A DNA stretch of 64,000 nt from an uncultured delta proteobacterium. GTDB taxonomy: Bacteria; Desulfobacterota; Desulfuromonadia; Geobacterales; Pseudopelobacteraceae. The translations under genes and the position numbers were made by a program. Below are positions 60,079 through 64,000 of the stretch, in pieces (within the stretch, counting starts at the first letter, position 1; every line of letters begins with the position of its first letter). The DNA is taken from assembly GCA_963772835.1 (NCBI GenBank), contig CAVYYZ010000011.1, positions 96,001-160,000 of the forward strand, written 5' to 3'. The notes below the pieces were generated by a model. The model was not told the origin of the DNA and did not search any database. It was given only the letters and a program-made list of their open reading frames with translations.

Positions 60079-61080
60079 ATGAGAAAAATCATCGGTATAT
60101 TTTTGACAGTATTTCTCGGATTTGGTTGTCTGGCCGGCGCTGCGGAGGAGAAGCCGAAAATTCTGATCACCACCGGCGGTATTGGTGGCGTGTATTACTA
60201 CTACGGAACTGCAGTGGCCGAGATTCTCACGAAATACGCAGGGGTGGAGGCAACCGCCATTCAGACCGCCGCTTCAGTGGACAATCTGCTGCTGATTCAG
60301 AGGCGCACGGACCCGAAGAAAAATACCTATTATATGGGGATCGTGCTGCCGGATTCAGCCTTCCTGGCCTATACCGGTGCCATAGAAAAATTCAAGGACC
60401 GGCCGGCCACGGATATCCGGGTCTTGTGGGCCGCCTATCCTAATGTCCTTCATATTGTCGCAGCGCCTGGCTCAGGTATCAAGAGTGTAGCGGATCTGAA
60501 GGGGAAAAAGGTCTCCACTGCCGCGCCGGGTTCCGGCACGGAATTGGAAGCATTTATGGTGCTGGAGGCGGCCGGTGTCAAGACCTCTGATCTGGCCAAG
60601 CAGGAGCGTCTGGGTGCGGGTGAATCGGGAGAAGCCATGTCGCATGGCACTCTGGACGCCTATTTCTGGTCCGGCGGCCTTCCGACAAGTTCTGTGACCG
60701 AACTGGCAACCACCATGTCGCGTCAGGGGAAAAAGCTCGAATTGGTGGATCTGGATCCGAAAAGTGACCTGGTCAAAAATCTGCTCAAAAAATACCCCGG
60801 CGTGATGGAATCGGGGGTGATCCCCAAGGATGTTTATGGAACTGCCAAGGATGCCCATACTCTGGCCTTCTGGAATCTCTTCGTCGGCCCGAAGAGCCTG
60901 CCGGAAAAATACTCCTACGCCATCACCAAGGCCCTCTTTGAACACCAGGATGAACTGCAGAAAGCGGTGAAGGCGGCCAGAGATAACACAATGAAGAATG
61001 CAGTGAAATTCGTGCATGGTACCATCCCTTATGATTCGGGTTCACTCCGTTATTACAAGGAAAAAGGGATCCTGAAGTGA
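60079..61080 (+). CDS. TAXI family TRAP solute-binding protein
   Basis: Signal peptide; TGGIGGVYYYYG, ASVDN, DLKGKKVST...PGSGTE. Confidence 0.9.
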   Translation: MRKIIGIFLTVFLGFGCLAGAAEEKPKILITTGGIGGVYYYYGTAVAEILTKYAGVEATAIQTAASVDNLLLIQRRTDPKKNTYYMGIVLPDSAFLAYTGAIEKFKDRPATDIRVLWAAYPNVLHIVAAPGSGIKSVADLKGKKVSTAAPGSGTELEAFMVLEAAGVKTSDLAKQERLGAGESGEAMSHGTLDAYFWSGGLPTSSVTELATTMSRQGKKLELVDLDPKSDLVKNLLKKYPGVMESGVIPKDVYGTAKDAHTLAFWNLFVGPKSLPEKYSYAITKALFEHQDELQKAVKAARDNTMKNAVKFVHGTIPYDSGSLRYYKEKGILK

Positions 61081-61505
61081 TTTTTGCAGGTCCCGGAGCC
61101 AGGTTTAACCTGACCATTGTGATTGTACTGGTTTCTCTCCTCTGTATAGCTGGGAGCGTCAGGCCCGTCAAAGTTGTCAGGGATCACGAGAGCGGTTTTA
61201 TCGTCTGGCTCTGGGCCTGGCAGAAATGCCGGGTCACGTTTGTCAATTCTGTTACTCACCTGCCGGTGGATATGAGTTTCGGCGTCCCCTGGTCGTTTTC
61301 AGGATTTTCCGCCCTGACAGACGCCGGTACCGAGGAGTATTACACGGCGGGGGGGTATTCCTGGAATGAACAATTAGCGAAGGAACATACCGGGTCTCTT
61401 AATTATTGCTCTGAGGTCGGAATGGATGTACGTCTTGCCGGGATGGTTTTTCACGAACAGGGAGGGTGTATCAGCCTCTCTCTTCTCTGGCCTCCCCGGA
61501 ATTGA
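61077..61505 (+). CDS. small TAXI-associated protein (DUF1850-like)
   Basis: Overlaps the TAXI SBP stop; 'FVNSVTHLPV' resembles the HSVxxxP motif of DUF1850. Confidence 0.5.
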   Translation: MIFAGPGARFNLTIVIVLVSLLCIAGSVRPVKVVRDHESGFIVWLWAWQKCRVTFVNSVTHLPVDMSFGVPWSFSGFSALTDAGTEEYYTAGGYSWNEQLAKEHTGSLNYCSEVGMDVRLAGMVFHEQGGCISLSLLWPPRN

Positions 61506-61563
61506 GCTCCCGGGTGCTCCCCGGCTTCGCGTTGGTACTCAAACCGCGGAGAAAGGTGTCTGA

Positions 61564-62823
61564 GTGATGAATCTACCTAACGTCTTTTATGTGAAACAAA
61601 CATTTCCCCGTCCCCGGGTTATGGATATTCCCGCAGCAGCGCATGATGCGCTGGTTCAGCTTCGTTTGGATCAGAAGATCAGGGCCGGACAAAAAATAGG
61701 CATCACAGTCGGTAGTCGCGGTATTCAGAATCTGCTGCCCGTACTGCGGACGACAGTTGATTTCATCAGAGGACTTGGCTGCGAACCCTATCTGCTTGCC
61801 GCTATGGGCAGCCATGGCGGCGGGAGCGAGGCAGGCCAGAAAGGTGTGCTGGACAGCCTGGGAATAACTGAAGAGGCTCTGGGCGCACGAGTGCTGACCT
61901 GCGTCGACTGCCGCATCATTACCCATACACCGGGAGGCCTGCCGGTATTCATTGTTGAATCGGCGCTTATGATGGATGGCATTGTGGTTGTGAACCGTGT
62001 TAAAACCCATACGTCGTTTAAAGGCAGAGTTGAAAGCGGGCTGGTAAAAAAACTGGTTGTCGGTCTCGGTGGGCCGAAGGGGGCGCAACAGTTTCACGGT
62101 TTCGGGCCTGCCGAGTTGCCGCGCCTGCTCGTTGAGATCGGCGAAGCACTCCTTGAAAAACTGCCGGTTCTCGGCGGCCTCGGCATTGTGGAAAATGCGT
62201 ACGAAGAGACTGCTGTTATCAGGTGCATTGAAAGAGACTGCCTGATTGCGCAGGAGAGCGAGCTGCTCCGGTACTCCAAGGAACTCATGCCCTCATTGCC
62301 GGTTGATACTATTGATCTGCTGATTGTTCAGGAGATCGGTAAGAATTTCAGCGGCACCGGTATGGACACGAATATTATCGGCAGAGCACGTATCCATGGT
62401 GTCCCGGAGCCTGAAAAACCCTCTGTCAAAAGAATCGCGGTGCTTGACTTATCGGAGGAATCCCACGGAAATGCCACCGGGGTGGGAATGGCCGATTTCG
62501 TTACCCAAAAACTTGTGAACAGGATTGACCGGCCGGCCACGTACCTCAACTGTCTGACAAGTACTTTTGTGACACGTGCTGCGATTCCGATGTATTTTGA
62601 TACGGAAGAAAAGTTGATGGGCGCGGCGCTGTTCAGCCTTTTCAGTATTCCGCGGGAGACACTGCGCATCGTAATAATCCGGAATACCCTGTTTCTGCTG
62701 GAGTGCTTCGTTTCCGAAGCGCTGCTGCCAGAGCTTGAATCCAGGCCGGATATGATAATTGATACAGCCCCTCATGAATTGACATTCGACAGTAATGGCG
62801 CCCTGCAGCTGAAATTCCCATGA
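61564..62823 (+). CDS. lactate racemase (LarA/DUF2088)-like domain protein
   Basis: VGSRGI, AMGSHGG, VNRVKTHTSF, ESGLVK and GKNFSGTGMDTNIIGR. Confidence 0.75.
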   Translation: MMNLPNVFYVKQTFPRPRVMDIPAAAHDALVQLRLDQKIRAGQKIGITVGSRGIQNLLPVLRTTVDFIRGLGCEPYLLAAMGSHGGGSEAGQKGVLDSLGITEEALGARVLTCVDCRIITHTPGGLPVFIVESALMMDGIVVVNRVKTHTSFKGRVESGLVKKLVVGLGGPKGAQQFHGFGPAELPRLLVEIGEALLEKLPVLGGLGIVENAYEETAVIRCIERDCLIAQESELLRYSKELMPSLPVDTIDLLIVQEIGKNFSGTGMDTNIIGRARIHGVPEPEKPSVKRIAVLDLSEESHGNATGVGMADFVTQKLVNRIDRPATYLNCLTSTFVTRAAIPMYFDTEEKLMGAALFSLFSIPRETLRIVIIRNTLFLLECFVSEALLPELESRPDMIIDTAPHELTFDSNGALQLKFP

Positions 62824-62878
62824 CGGGGAACCGGGCGGGCTGGTGTACCCATGCGGACGATTATTGTAAAGGTGCATA

Positions 62879-64000
62879 ATGGCAATCCGCTGGAAAATAT
62901 TCTCCGTTCTCTCCTTCCTGTACGTAATGGCGCTCTTTTTCAGGGTTTCCATGGCCGTCGTGGCCCGGGACATTTCCGCCGACTTCAATCTGACGGCAAC
63001 CCGTTTAGGAACCCTGTCGAGCGTCTTTTTTATCGTGTACGCCCTTGCGCAGATTCCGCTCGGCATTCTGCTTGACCGCTTTGGAGGCAGGATTATCGTA
63101 AGCGTTCTGGGGTTTATGACTACGGCAGGTATTGTCCTGTTTGCCCTGGCACCCGGGTACCACGTTGCACTGGCCGGCAGGGTTCTGCTTGGAATCGGGA
63201 CTTCCTGTGTGCTGATGGGGTCTCTGAAAATATTCACCAACTGGTTTACTCAAAAGGAGTTTGCTATCATAGCCGGGTTCATTATGGCAATCGGCAACCT
63301 GGGAAATCTTTTAGCAACTGCCCCACTTGCCGCAGCTGTATCAGTTTTCGGATGGAGGAGTGCACTTCTTGTTGTGGCCCTCGCACAGATCGTCGCCACC
63401 GTCCTGGTATATGCCGTCGCCGCCGACACTCCTGTTCAGAACACACCAGGGAACTCAGGCCCGGAGTGTGACGTGCCTGTTGCATCTTCCGCGCTTGGCG
63501 GGTTGCGTTCTGTTTTAGGATATCCATCATTCTGGCTGCTTGGGATCCTCGGTTTTTGCTACTACGGGAATTTCATGCTGGTACAAAGCCTGTGGGGCGG
63601 TCCCTATCTCATGGACGTTTTCAATGCAAGCAGATCCGTGGCGGGAAGCGTTTTGTTCTGTTCAGCCGGTGGTTTCATTACCGGGTGTCTCTGCATCGGG
63701 AAAATTTCGACCCATCTGCTCAAATCCCGTAAAAAAACATTGCTGATCGGCCAGGGCATGACACTTGCCCTCCTGTTGCTCCTTCTCGGTCCGGCCGAAC
63801 ACCTTTCTCCTGCGGCACTGAAGTTGTTGTTCTTCGCCCTCGGTATCAGCGCGTCATCCGGAATATCCATCTATCCCATGGTCCGGGAAATGTTCCCGCA
63901 TTCAATTGCAGGTACGGCCCTGAGCACGCTTAACTTCTTTGTGGTATCGGGGGTTGCTGTCATTCAGCTGCTTGTCGGCATCATTCTTGACCGGTTTCCG
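62879..64000 (+). CDS. MFS transporter (partial, runs off the window)
   Basis: Open frame from ATG 62879: MAIRWKIFSVLS...YALAQIPLGILLDRFGGR (MFS motif A). Confidence 0.85.
   Translation, partial: MAIRWKIFSVLSFLYVMALFFRVSMAVVARDISADFNLTATRLGTLSSVFFIVYALAQIPLGILLDRFGGRIIVSVLGFMTTAGIVLFALAPGYHVALAGRVLLGIGTSCVLMGSLKIFTNWFTQKEFAIIAGFIMAIGNLGNLLATAPLAAAVSVFGWRSALLVVALAQIVATVLVYAVAADTPVQNTPGNSGPECDVPVASSALGGLRSVLGYPSFWLLGILGFCYYGNFMLVQSLWGGPYLMDVFNASRSVAGSVLFCSAGGFITGCLCIGKISTHLLKSRKKTLLIGQGMTLALLLLLLGPAEHLSPAALKLLFFALGISASSGISIYPMVREMFPHSIAGTALSTLNFFVVSGVAVIQLLVGIILDRFP

Overview
Chromosomal window from what is most likely a Geobacteraceae/Desulfuromonadales bacterium, inferred from a triheme c7 cytochrome, a short PilA-N pilin with a separate PilA-C and an xap-type gene cluster. 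About 1-18 kb is mixed housekeeping and accessory genes (DUF4388 protein, homocysteine methyltransferase, larE, c7 cytochrome, hrpB, pgi, eno, MacAB-like exporter). About 18-41 kb is a type IV pilin and surface-glycan locus: pilR, pilA-N, pilA-C, xapA-E-like genes, glycosyltransferases, epimerase, nucleotidyltransferase, flippase, methyltransferases and a radical SAM enzyme. Three defence/toxin-antitoxin-type cassettes interrupt it (AAA+/DUF4143 ATPase, VapBC, MNT plus a truncated HEPN gene). A LigB-like NAD ligase follows, then a core block (metG, PSP1/ricT, holB, tmk, rnc, guaB, guaA), a cbb3 oxidase operon and a sigma54-driven TAXI-TRAP/LarA-like/MFS operon. The most striking structure is a family of ~110-150 bp palindromes built from 8-mer repeats. 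Two arrays of it, in opposite orientation, bracket the 4.4 kb pilA-xapC segment, which is also the only part of the window dense with single-base frameshifts. I found no tRNA, rRNA, CRISPR array, integrase or transposase. All calls come from reading motifs by eye; no database searches were run.
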